A DNA stretch of 10,204 bases from Candidatus Bipolaricaulia bacterium (GCA_042219045.1 JBDGQO010000010.1:21881-32084); one strand, 5' to 3'. Numbered from the stretch's first letter, positions 1 to 8,441 are shown. Made by a program: numbers and translations. Notes: generated from the letters alone by a model not told the origin.

Positions 1-1093
1 CACACGCTCGATCGGGATTGAACGATCCATTCTGGTTGGCACAGACCGTGTTCGGCAGCCGTGCGAAGCCACCATTGGCGAAGACCGCGTCGAGGTCGCC
101 ATCGGCGTCGACGTCGCCCAGCGCGACGCGGAAACTCTGGTTGTTGTTGGTGCCGATGGGCTCACACGGCTGGCGCGCCGCGAAGCCGCCGTCGTTCAGA
201 CAGATCGTGTTGGTCCAGTTCGGCTCGCCGTTGGCGAAGACCGCGTCCGGATCGCCGTCGGCATCGACATCGCCCAGCGCGACGCCGCGGCTGCCGTTCT
301 CGGCTGACGCGATCTTCTTGCAGGGTTCATCCGAATTGAACCCGTCGTCGTTGACACAGACGGCGTTGTGTTCGGTGCGATTGGCAAAGACAGCATCCAG
401 ATCGCCATCGCCGTCCACATCGCCCAATGCCACCCCGATCGTCTCTCGTTTGGCGCTGCTGATGGGGTGACACTCGACGTCCGCGCCCGATTGTCGATTC
501 AGACAGACCACGTTGGACGCGCCGCCGCCGGAGATCGCCCCTTCATCGGAATTGGCGAAGACGGCGTCGAGGTCGCCATCGCCGTCGAGATCGCCGAGTG
601 CGACGTCCAGCGTCGCCTTTGGATCGGTGACGTCGGTGCAAGCCCCGTCGTTCGGAAAGCCGTCGTCGTTGAAACAGACCTGATTGGGCGCACCGCGGCT
701 GGTCTTGCCGTTGTTGGCAATCACCGCGTCGAGGCGATCGTCCCCGTCGACGTCGCCCAATTCGACCTCGCCGCTCAGGAAGCGATCCGAACTGAGTTGC
801 GTGCAGGTCGGAAAGGGTCGATCATCGGATTGATTGAGACAGACGTCGTTGGGAAACCCGCCGGCCGCGACGCCGTGGGCGAAAAGGGCATCCAAGCGGT
901 CGTCGCCGTTGACGTCGCCCAGCGCGGTGCCGAACGTGCGCTGTGGTGAGGATTGGATGACATGGCTGTCGATTGGGGCTTGCCTCGGGACATCGCCAAT
1001 CGCGACCAAGAGCGGACCGGCACATGCCAATGCGCCTATCCCGGCTGCCTTCGCAAATCGACGCATGGAGACGTTCAACAATACCCCTAGCAT
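1..1093 (-). CDS. Secreted FG-GAP/VCBS-like repeat protein (integrin-alpha-type beta-propeller), 3' end outside window
   Basis: Manual translation from ATG 1093 (GGAGGGAG Shine-Dalgarno just upstream; alternative in-frame ATG at 1066) is open to the window edge: MLGVLLNVSMRRFAKAAGIGALACAGPLLVAIGD..., then six repeats of the Ca-binding motif LGD(V/L)(D/N)(G/A)D(G/D)(D/R)(L/P)DA(V/L)(F/I)A(N/H), e.g. VALGDVDADGDLDAVFAN. Absent from the ORF track, probably because it has no stop in the window. Confidence 0.92.
   Translation of the reverse strand, partial: MLGVLLNVSMRRFAKAAGIGALACAGPLLVAIGDVPRQAPIDSHVIQSSPQRTFGTALGDVNGDDRLDALFAHGVAAGGFPNDVCLNQSDDRPFPTCTQLSSDRFLSGEVELGDVDGDDRLDAVIANNGKTSRGAPNQVCFNDDGFPNDGACTDVTDPKATLDVALGDLDGDGDLDAVFANSDEGAISGGGASNVVCLNRQSGADVECHPISSAKRETIGVALGDVDGDGDLDAVFANRTEHNAVCVNDDGFNSDEPCKKIASAENGSRGVALGDVDADGDPDAVFANGEPNWTNTICLNDGGFAARQPCEPIGTNNNQSFRVALGDVDADGDLDAVFANGGFARLPNTVCANQNGSFNPDRAC
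74..927. repeat. Six degenerate ~55-bp intragenic repeats encoding the FG-GAP cores
   Basis: Copies such as attggcgaagaccgcgtcgaggtcgccatcggcgtcgacgtcgcccagcgcg begin at 74, 230, 380, 551, 713 and 875. Periods of 156, 150, 171, 162 and 162 bp are all multiples of 3. Confidence 0.9.
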
Positions 1094-1282
1094 CGTCTCC
1101 CTCCCCTGGCACTTGAGCCCGGCGATGATGATCTGTCTGGGCGGATTGTCGGGGCGATTCGGTTGACGTTGATCTGAGCGTGGGCCGAGCTTTTCGTCAG
1201 ACCCTACCAGCGGGCTTGCGATCGCGCCAAAGGCGGGAGCCGGCTGTCGGCGTCGACGCTGTTCAGGGGGCCGACAGAGATG

Positions 1283-1426
1283 CGGCCCGTCCGCGGAGCC
1301 TCGTTATCGAACGGGGGAGAGCTGCTGGGGAAAAATCCCGCCGGTAAGGAGGCGAAACCGCACGGGCAAAACCCTGACAGCCGATGGAGTCGCGGCTCCA
1401 TGCTTCGAGGGCTCCGCGGACGGCCG
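1283..1426 (+). ncRNA. Candidate structured RNA or MITE-like element, family unassigned
   Basis: Perfect 14-bp inverted repeat CCGTCCGCGGAGCC (1287-1300) / GGCTCCGCGGACGG (1410-1423), extendable 3 bp on each side across single bulges, enclosing several short hairpins. G-U pairs and A-rich loops favour the + strand. Confidence 0.4.
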
Positions 1427-1499
1427 GGTAAGGGGTGGGGTGTGAATCTCATTAGGGTTTTCTATGAATGCCATCCCAAAAGCCTCCATGTCTTAGCCG

Positions 1500-1527
1500 T
1501 TGGCCTCTTTCGCTTCAGTAATATAAT
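1500..1527 (+). promoter_or_regulatory. Putative sigma70-type promoter
   Basis: TTGGCC (1500-1505), 16-bp spacer, perfect TATAAT (1522-1527), inside a locally lower-GC segment (115/240 = 48% GC over 1441-1680 by hand count). Confidence 0.5.
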
Positions 1528-1546
1528 CCAAGCCGAGCGCCCGTAC

Positions 1547-1562
1547 CATGATCCATATCATG
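1547..1562. promoter_or_regulatory. Palindromic operator-like site
   Basis: CATGAT-CCAT-ATCATG, a perfect 6-4-6 inverted repeat ~20 bp downstream of the TATAAT. Confidence 0.3.
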
Positions 1563-1924
1563 CCTTCTCATGCGGGAAACTTTAAGCATTCTCCTCGCCA
1601 ATTGCTGCTTCCGCAACACAACGACTAGGATAAGCTCTTTGGTGGAGGTTCCGATACAACTCGCCGCATCAATCACGGAAGGACAAAATGGCGCGATGAA
1701 CCGAATTGGCAGCCGCTCGCTCCGTGAGCTCCACACCTCACTCTGCAGCGGGGGCCAACCGAGAGCACACGAGCGCTGGCCCACTTCACGGGCCAATTCC
1801 TGCCTCGGCACGGCCGTTGACGCCCGGTTGCGACGCTTATCCCGATCCTGTCGAGCGTCACGCCTGGCTTGGGCTTGAGTTCCCATCTGCGCATCGTCCC
1901 CGGCGCCTTAGTCCCTCTCCCCCC

Positions 1925-2095
1925 AGCTGCGCGATCGTGATGCCCGTGGCGACACCGCCCAATGCGATCGTCTTCGGGGCGGGCTACCTGTCGGTCCCGG
2001 AAATGGCTCGAGCCGGCATCTGCCTCAACCTGATCAGCGTCGTGTTGATCGCGGCCTTGTCGTTGGTGATCGTGCCCCTCATCCTGGGGCGTTAA
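1925..2095 (+). pseudogene. 3'-terminal remnant of a DASS/SLC13 (SdcS-like Na+/dicarboxylate or sulfate) transporter
   Basis: SCAIVMPVATPPNAIVFGAGYLSVPEMARAGICLNLISVVLIAALSLVIVPLILGR* matches the DASS C-terminal signature (S.AFMLPVATPPNAIVF...M.RAG..LN). In-frame sequence upstream of 1925 is Pro/Arg-rich and not membrane-like, so most of a normally ~450-550 aa protein is missing. Confidence 0.85.
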
Positions 2096-2120
2096 GGGCC
2101 CAACGGAAAGGAGTTCTCCC

Positions 2121-2615
2121 ATGCAACAACGGATCCTGATGACGACGCTCGCGTTGCTCGTCCTCGTGAGCTTGGGGGCGATTGCCCAAGAATCGCCCGA
2201 GTCAACCGTGGATGTCTCCGTCACGCCATCTCAACTCGGCTGGATGGCCTACGGCGCGCCGATCCAGACGTTCGAGGCCATGGGCTGCGTTGCGGCGGCT
2301 CGCGACGTGGAACAGGGCTTCAAAATCGCCGAGTCGGTTCGTCTCGTCGGCAACGTCCTGGGGCTCGCGTCCGCAGCGGCATTGGGGACGAACGCGCTCG
2401 ATCTGGAGATCCGGATCGGACCGATCGTTGTCAACGCCCAAGTCGGCGCCACGCTCGTCTCGGTGGCCATGTCGGGCGTGTCGCAATATCTGAAGTGGCG
2501 CCAGCGCCAGGACGCGCGCTCGCGCGCGATGGAGATTGCCCAGCTCCATTTGGACGGAAAATCGACGTGTCTCCAGGCGTCCGCCGACCTCAGCCTGCGG
2601 CCGGCGGGTCGCTGA
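2121..2615 (+). CDS. Hypothetical exported/membrane protein, 164 aa
   Basis: AAGGAG Shine-Dalgarno at 2109-2114; Sec-type signal peptide MQQRILMTTLALLVLVSLGAIA|QE; two further Gly/Ala-rich hydrophobic stretches. No family recognised. Confidence 0.8.
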   Translation: MQQRILMTTLALLVLVSLGAIAQESPESTVDVSVTPSQLGWMAYGAPIQTFEAMGCVAAARDVEQGFKIAESVRLVGNVLGLASAAALGTNALDLEIRIGPIVVNAQVGATLVSVAMSGVSQYLKWRQRQDARSRAMEIAQLHLDGKSTCLQASADLSLRPAGR

Positions 2616-2658
2616 CGCCAAGGATCACACGCAGGATTGCGAGAATCATCTCGTCGCA

Positions 2659-2886
2659 ATGGAGATCAGTGACCTGGGACGCTACGTTCTGTTCGCCGGC
2701 TTGGCTCTCGCGGCCCTTGGGGGCGTGTTGATGCTCGTCGGCCGGGTGCCCTGGCTCGGTCGGCTTCCCGGGGACTTCGTTTGGCAATGGGGCAACACGA
2801 CGGTCTACGTCCCGTTGGGCACGATGGTCGCGTTGAGCGTCGTGCTCTCTGTGGTGATTAACTTGATCGCTCGATTGTGGCGTTAA
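2659..2886 (+). CDS. DUF2905 family small membrane protein, 75 aa
   Basis: MEISDLGRYVLFAGLALAALGGVLMLVGRVPWLGRLPGDF...VYVPLGTMVALSVVLSVVINL: TM, GRLPGD motif, then a second TM. Start moved from the track's 2536 to ATG 2659. Confidence 0.88.
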   Translation: MEISDLGRYVLFAGLALAALGGVLMLVGRVPWLGRLPGDFVWQWGNTTVYVPLGTMVALSVVLSVVINLIARLWR

Positions 2887-2927
2887 CCCAGTGAAGTTGC
2901 AGCGAACGTGGCGGATCCCTTGGGGAT

Positions 2928-3827
2928 TCAATCATCTTCCGGCGCTCGTCCCAGGTAGCCGCCGCGCACTTGGTGGCCCTCGCCGATCACGACGAACGCC
3001 GACGGATCCGCTTCGGCGACGATCCACTTGATCGTGTTGACGTCCGGACGACTGATCGTGCAGAACAGCACCGTCCGCTCGCGCTCGGTGAACATGCCGC
3101 GCGCCTCCCAGGCCGTGACGCCAACGCCCATGCGCTCAAACAGATGCGTGGCGACCTCGTTCGGCGTTTCCGTGACGATGAACGCCGTGCGCACGAGCCC
3201 CGGTCCTTCCAAAACGTAGTCCGTCACGAGCCCCCAGAGGAAGAGCATCACCAGCGCGTAGAGCGACTTCTCCCAACCCAAGAACAGCCCCAGCGCCAGG
3301 ATGACCGCCCCGTCGATGGCGATGTGGAGCTGGCTAATCGGAATGCCGGTTCGACGTTGCAGGATGCGGCTGATGACGCCCGTGCCGCCCGGCGTGCCTC
3401 GCCCGCGATAGATCAGGCCAGATCCGATGCCGCCGATAACCGCCCCGTAGAGCGTGTTGAGCAGGATGTCGTCGGTGATACCCTCCGGCGGCAGAACGGC
3501 CGGAAGCACGTCCACGCCCACGTTGAAGATAATCACGGCGTAAAACGTCCGCGCAAGGAAGCGGAACCGCCCCAAGTAGAAGAAGCCGGGCACCAGCAGC
3601 GGCAGGTTGAGCACGAGCATGGTCAGGCCCTCGGGAAGCCCCGTGAAACGGTTGATAATGATCGCCACACCGGGCACGCCTCCGGGGGCCACCTCGGCCG
3701 GCGAGAGAAAGACGTCAAAGCTGAGGGCCATGAGGAGGCCGCCGGCGGTCAGAAAGCCGTAGTCGCGCAGGATGGTGCGCCAACTGAGCGCCCGCATGCG
3801 GGTCAGCGCTTCGGCCATGAGCCCCAT
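2928..3827 (-). CDS. YitT family membrane protein (DUF161 membrane domain plus C-terminal DUF2179)
   Basis: Motifs F..P..VAPGGVPGVAII, LNLPL, GIGSGLIYRGRGTPGGT, IDG.VI, GVGVT.WEARGMFT, DPSAFVVI...HQVRGG. Start ATG 3827 (or 3818) preferred over the track's 3869 because a promoter occupies 3837-3865. Confidence 0.93.
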   Translation of the reverse strand: MGLMAEALTRMRALSWRTILRDYGFLTAGGLLMALSFDVFLSPAEVAPGGVPGVAIIINRFTGLPEGLTMLVLNLPLLVPGFFYLGRFRFLARTFYAVIIFNVGVDVLPAVLPPEGITDDILLNTLYGAVIGGIGSGLIYRGRGTPGGTGVISRILQRRTGIPISQLHIAIDGAVILALGLFLGWEKSLYALVMLFLWGLVTDYVLEGPGLVRTAFIVTETPNEVATHLFERMGVGVTAWEARGMFTERERTVLFCTISRPDVNTIKWIVAEADPSAFVVIGEGHQVRGGYLGRAPEDD

Positions 3828-3836
3828 GGCGGAAGC

Positions 3837-3865
3837 ATCATGGCACAGCCCTTTGAGAGGGTCAA
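3837..3865 (-). promoter_or_regulatory. Putative sigma70 promoter of the YitT gene
   Basis: Minus strand TTGACC (3865-3860), 17 bp, CATGAT (3842-3837), preceded by an extended -10 TGn. ATG 3827 lies 9 nt after the -10. Confidence 0.6.
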
Positions 3866-3909
3866 GCACCCATCTCTCGAGGCCTGATGAACTCGAATGC
3901 GGGAGCGGC

Positions 3910-5079
3910 CTAGAAACGCCCCTGGAGCGACTCGGCGTAGCCGGTCAGTTCGGCGTAGCCGACGCCCTTGACGGCTCGGCCGTCCAGCTGACCCGTGACC
4001 CGGATCGCGCCTTCCCAATAGCGGAACGAGCCGCTCAGTTCCTGGTCCCGCAGCTTCGGCTCAATCGTCAACTCGGCATCCAACGGGGGAACCTCGATCT
4101 GCCAAGCGACGGGATACGTCGCACCGGAGCGGGGACTGGTCCACTCGGCCGTGGGGGTCAGTTCGAATTCGTCGCCGTCAAGATGGCTCGTGTCGCCGTT
4201 AGGCGCGACGAATGTCCCGGACGAATAGGGACTTTTCGTCCCGTCGCTCCGGCGGAGCCGATAGAGCATCAGCTCGGTGCCGTTGTCAAATTGGAGCGCA
4301 AACCAGTCCCACCCGACCTGATTGTCGCTCAAGAAGCTGCTGCTGAATTCCCGATCGAGCCAACTGGTGCCCGTCACCTCGAAGCGTCGGTCGTTCGTGC
4401 GCACCGTGCCATCGGCGCTCAGTCGGGTCATGCTGTAGTAGTACGACGCGTTGCCCGCTTCGGGACCCTTCTGGCTCAAGCCGTTGCCGCCTTGGAAGAC
4501 GATCGGTTTCTCCCGGTTGAGCGTGAGATCAAGACTAAACGACGGTTGATGGGCCTCAATGGCAATCGATCGTTCGCCACGCCAGGCGATCGACCAGTCT
4601 TCCAACCAGATCTCGAGCGGCGACGTTTGGGCCCCTGCGATGCCGGCCGCTCCGCGAGCAAACTGCTCGGCGTCGTAGAATCGACCCCCGTCCACGTCCG
4701 ACAAGGCAAAGTGGCCCATATAGACCTGATTGGTTGCCCAATCGGAGGCACGATCCGCCCGCTCATCGGGCGGCACCAGGGCTTGACGGAACAGCGTCAA
4801 CTGGTAGCCGAAAGCGCGACCGTCGGCCGTGGAAAGGTTGCCCGTGAAGTACCACCATTCGGAGCGGTAATCGGGATGGGGCGCATGATCCTCCGGGAAC
4901 GTAAACGAGCGCGGCGCGTCGGCTTGGGCGAATCCGGTCATGTCGGTGCTGCGGCCGGCTGAAAGCGTCGGGGCGCGGCGTGCGGCATCGTCGCGCAGCA
5001 CCAGATTGAGCGTGCCGCCCAGCAGAGCCAGCACGGCGACGACGAGAATCGCGCTTCCCACAAGTCGGAATCGGGTCAT
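3910..5079 (-). CDS. AttH-like / CrtC (carotenoid 1,2-hydratase-like) lipocalin-fold protein with N-terminal membrane anchor or signal
   Basis: Motifs FPEDHAPHPDYRSEWWYFTGNL, GYQLTLFR, SYYYS, WLDREF, GWDWF, YWEG, GYAELTGY; N-terminal hydrophobic helix; starts 7 bp after the permease stop. Confidence 0.9.
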   Translation of the reverse strand: MTRFRLVGSAILVVAVLALLGGTLNLVLRDDAARRAPTLSAGRSTDMTGFAQADAPRSFTFPEDHAPHPDYRSEWWYFTGNLSTADGRAFGYQLTLFRQALVPPDERADRASDWATNQVYMGHFALSDVDGGRFYDAEQFARGAAGIAGAQTSPLEIWLEDWSIAWRGERSIAIEAHQPSFSLDLTLNREKPIVFQGGNGLSQKGPEAGNASYYYSMTRLSADGTVRTNDRRFEVTGTSWLDREFSSSFLSDNQVGWDWFALQFDNGTELMLYRLRRSDGTKSPYSSGTFVAPNGDTSHLDGDEFELTPTAEWTSPRSGATYPVAWQIEVPPLDAELTIEPKLRDQELSGSFRYWEGAIRVTGQLDGRAVKGVGYAELTGYAESLQGRF

Positions 5080-5086
5080 GGCTTGA

Positions 5087-7649
5087 TCACTCGTTCCTCA
5101 ATGCCGCAGCGGTCAGTATGCGGCTCATGCGATACGCGGGATAGAGCCCAGCCAGCAACGCCGCGCCGACGGCCACCGCAAGCGCCTGGACGAACGTCCA
5201 CACGTCAAGCTGCAACAGCAGCGTCCAGCCGAAGGCGCGGCGGTTGATGATGTAGACGAGGATTAGGGCCAACCCCAGCCCCGTCGGCATCGCCAACAGG
5301 CCAGCTGACGTGCCGATCAGGCCGGTTTCCATGGTGATCAAGGCCCAGATCTCGCGGACCGAGAAGCCGAGCGCGCGCAGGATGCCCAGTTGTCGGGTCT
5401 TTTCCAACTGCAACGACAACAGCGCGCTCAACACGCCGATAAACGCCACCACGATGGCCAATAGCTGGAGCGCGCTCGTGATGGCAAACGTCTGGTCGAA
5501 GATGGCCAACACCTCCGCGCGAAGCTCGCGGTTGGCTTGGACTTGGACGCTCTGAATCACGGTCAACTCGGCCTGGAGCTGGCGGGTGATCCGGTCGGCG
5601 TCAGCGTCGGCTTGCAGGTTGATCGACAACGCGGTCCACGAGGAGTCGTTCCAGTACTTGCGATAGATCTCGTGCCACATCGTCGCGATGCCTTGGCTTG
5701 ATCCGTAGTCGTAGTAGACGCCGACCACCTCGAACGTCTGGCGTCCCTCGTCCGTAAACAGCGTCAGCTCGTCGTTCGTTCGACTCAGGCCCAGACGGCG
5801 CGCCAGCGGCTCCGAGGCGATCACGGCCTTGCTCGTGCGCACCTCTTGCCAGATCTCGTCCACGGGGCCGTCGGTCCAGAGATAGGTATGCTCTTTGCCG
5901 TCGCTCGGGTTCGCCACGGCGTCCACCTGGAGCGATCCTTGGGGCGAGTTGACCATGACGCTGCGGAGCGCGTCGACGCGCTTAGCTTCCTCCAGCTCGT
6001 TGACGCGGTCGACGATGTCGGGATCGAGGGTGGCCGACGTCTGGGCGTTGCCGAAGCCCGGCGCCCAGACGTAGACGTCGCCGCTGAGGGATTGATCGAG
6101 CCAGTCGACGACGGTGGTGCGGAAGCTCGTGACCATCAACCCGACGCCGATCGTCACGGAGACGGCGACCACGAGCGCCGCCACGGCGATCGAGGTGCGG
6201 CTGAGCGAGGCGCTCACCTCCCGTGGGGCCATGGGACCGATCGGTCGCCAGATCCGCCCGAACAGCCAGCTCAATCCCTTCATCAAGTAGGACGTTGCCA
6301 ACGGCGTGATCATCGCGGCGCCGATCAGGGCCAGCGACGTCCCGACGAAGCTGACGGTCAAATCGCGCGTTGGCCACGCCAATATGCCCAGGCCAAGCGC
6401 AATGCCTCCAACCCCGCCCCACGCGCTCCAGCTGGCGACGCGACGGGCCTTGGATTCCAATCCGGCCCGCGAGAGCGCCGAGCTCGGCGAGGTGGCCGCG
6501 GCCTCCCAGGCGGGGAACGCCGCGGCCGTCAGCGTGGCGACGAGGCCGAGGAGCCCGCCCTTGACCAGGCTCCCCACGGGCAACCCGACGTTCTGGACGG
6601 TGAGCACGAAGTAGAGGTCGTTGATCGTGCGCGTCACCAGCTCGACCGCGCCTTGGCCGAGCACGATCCCGAGGCCGATGCCGAGTGCCGAGCTGACGGT
6701 GCCGATGATCCCCGCTTCGATCAGTACGATTTGGAAAATCTGGCGGCGGGTGGCGCCGAGCGAGCGCAGCGTGCCGAAGATCGCCCGTCGTTGGACGACC
6801 GCGAACGTCATCGTGTTGTAGATGAGAAAGACGCCGACCACGAGCGCCAGCAGGCTCAGCGCCGTCAGATTGGTCTGGAACGCGGCGGTCATCTGCTCGA
6901 TCGCGCCCGTGCGTGTGCCGACGGGCTGGAGCCGCGCGCCCTCGGGCAATCGGTCGCGAATGCGGCGTTTGGCTCGACTTGCCGCGTCGGGGGCCTCCGG
7001 CAGAATGAGATCAATCCGATCCAGCCGCCCGGTCCGCTCCGTCAGTTCCTGGGCCGTGGCGACGTCGGCGATGATGAGCCCCGACAGTGCTCGCTTGCTG
7101 AACGTGTCATTCGGTTGCAGCAAGCCGACGATGTGCGCGTTGCGCGCGTAGCCGCTTACGGTCAGCGTGAGCGAATCCCCGACGGACAGGCCGTATCGCT
7201 CGGCGACCTCCGACGAGAGCAGCACGGCGCCCGGTTGGGTGAGCAACGACCGCAGGTCCTGGATGGACAGATTGCCGGAAGGAACGAGATAGTTGCGAAA
7301 CGGCGCGTCGGCGAACGGGTCAATGCCCAACAAGCGGAATGCCCGATCCCCGAGTTGCTCCGAGGAGACGTACTGGTTGATCACCGGCGCCGCCAGCGGG
7401 GCGACGCCGTCGCGCTTCAGCTTGGCGTAGAGATCATCATCGAGACCCTCCGGGCCGCCGCGGATGGCGTGGGTAGCGCGCCCGGCCACGGCCTCGGTGC
7501 TCAATTCAAACGCCCGGGAGGCGCTGGCGTTGGCCAAGTCGACGGCCACCACGACCGCCACGCCGAGCGCCACGCCGAGCGCCATAAGCACGCCCTGCCA
7601 GGGGTGTCGCTTCAGGTGGCGCCAGGCGGCTCGGCCGAGCGCGCGCGTC

Positions 7650-7660
<11 letters not shown>
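5087..7660 (-). CDS. ABC transporter permease, FtsX/MacB-type with duplicated architecture (AttF/G-like), 857 aa
   Basis: Two TM + periplasmic domain + FtsX units ([12 protein letters not shown]...FLIYNTM...[22 protein letters not shown]...[10 protein letters not shown]). Overlaps the ATPase stop by 11 nt. Confidence 0.95.
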
Positions 7661-8360
<700 letters not shown>

Positions 8361-8441
8361 GGGTAAGTGCCGATCAATTTCAGGTCAGTTCCCGCCTTAG
8401 CTCGACATGACAACGAGGCCTGGTGGCGGTTGGTCCCTCTC

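Noticed and set aside
74..927. Regularly spaced repeats as a CRISPR array
   Set aside because: The repeats are degenerate, the periods are 150-171 bp and all multiples of 3, and they encode FG-GAP motifs in one open frame.
18..1166. Track ORFs 18-470, 61-339, 368-949, 834-1166 (+) and the short minus ORFs here
   Set aside because: Antisense or out-of-frame shadows of the FG-GAP gene.
1237..1270. Group II intron domain V-like GAGCCGG...GTTCAGGGGG
   Set aside because: Too short, lacks the GNRA loop and proper bulge, and no domain VI end or reverse transcriptase ORF is present.
1351..1382. Hammerhead-like GGCGAAAC...CTGACAGCC
   Set aside because: The core is CUGACA rather than CUGANGA, and there is no NUH cleavage triplet or stem III.
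1304..1387. SAM-I or glycine riboswitch resemblance (TTATC...GATGG; GGAGAG...AAGGAG)
   Set aside because: Lacks the SAM-I AGAG, GCAACC and GGTGC motifs and the glycine CCGAAG and CTCTCAGG motifs.
1379..1415. Fluoride riboswitch-like AGCCGATGGAGTCGCGGCT...GGCTCC
   Set aside because: Loop length and the 3' UGAUG/UAAUG segment do not fit, and no fluoride-related gene follows.
1204..1924. Track ORFs 1204-1452, 1280-1585, 1304-1489, 1515-1886, 1570-1878 and the N-terminal part of 1706-2095
   Set aside because: No recognisable domains, Arg/Pro/Ser-rich composition typical of spurious high-GC ORFs, and mutual overlaps.
2913..2929. Hairpin GGATCCC-TTG-GGGATTC between convergent genes as a terminator
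   Set aside because: The location is plausible, but the stem is short, there is no U-tract on either strand, and it overlaps the YitT stop codon.
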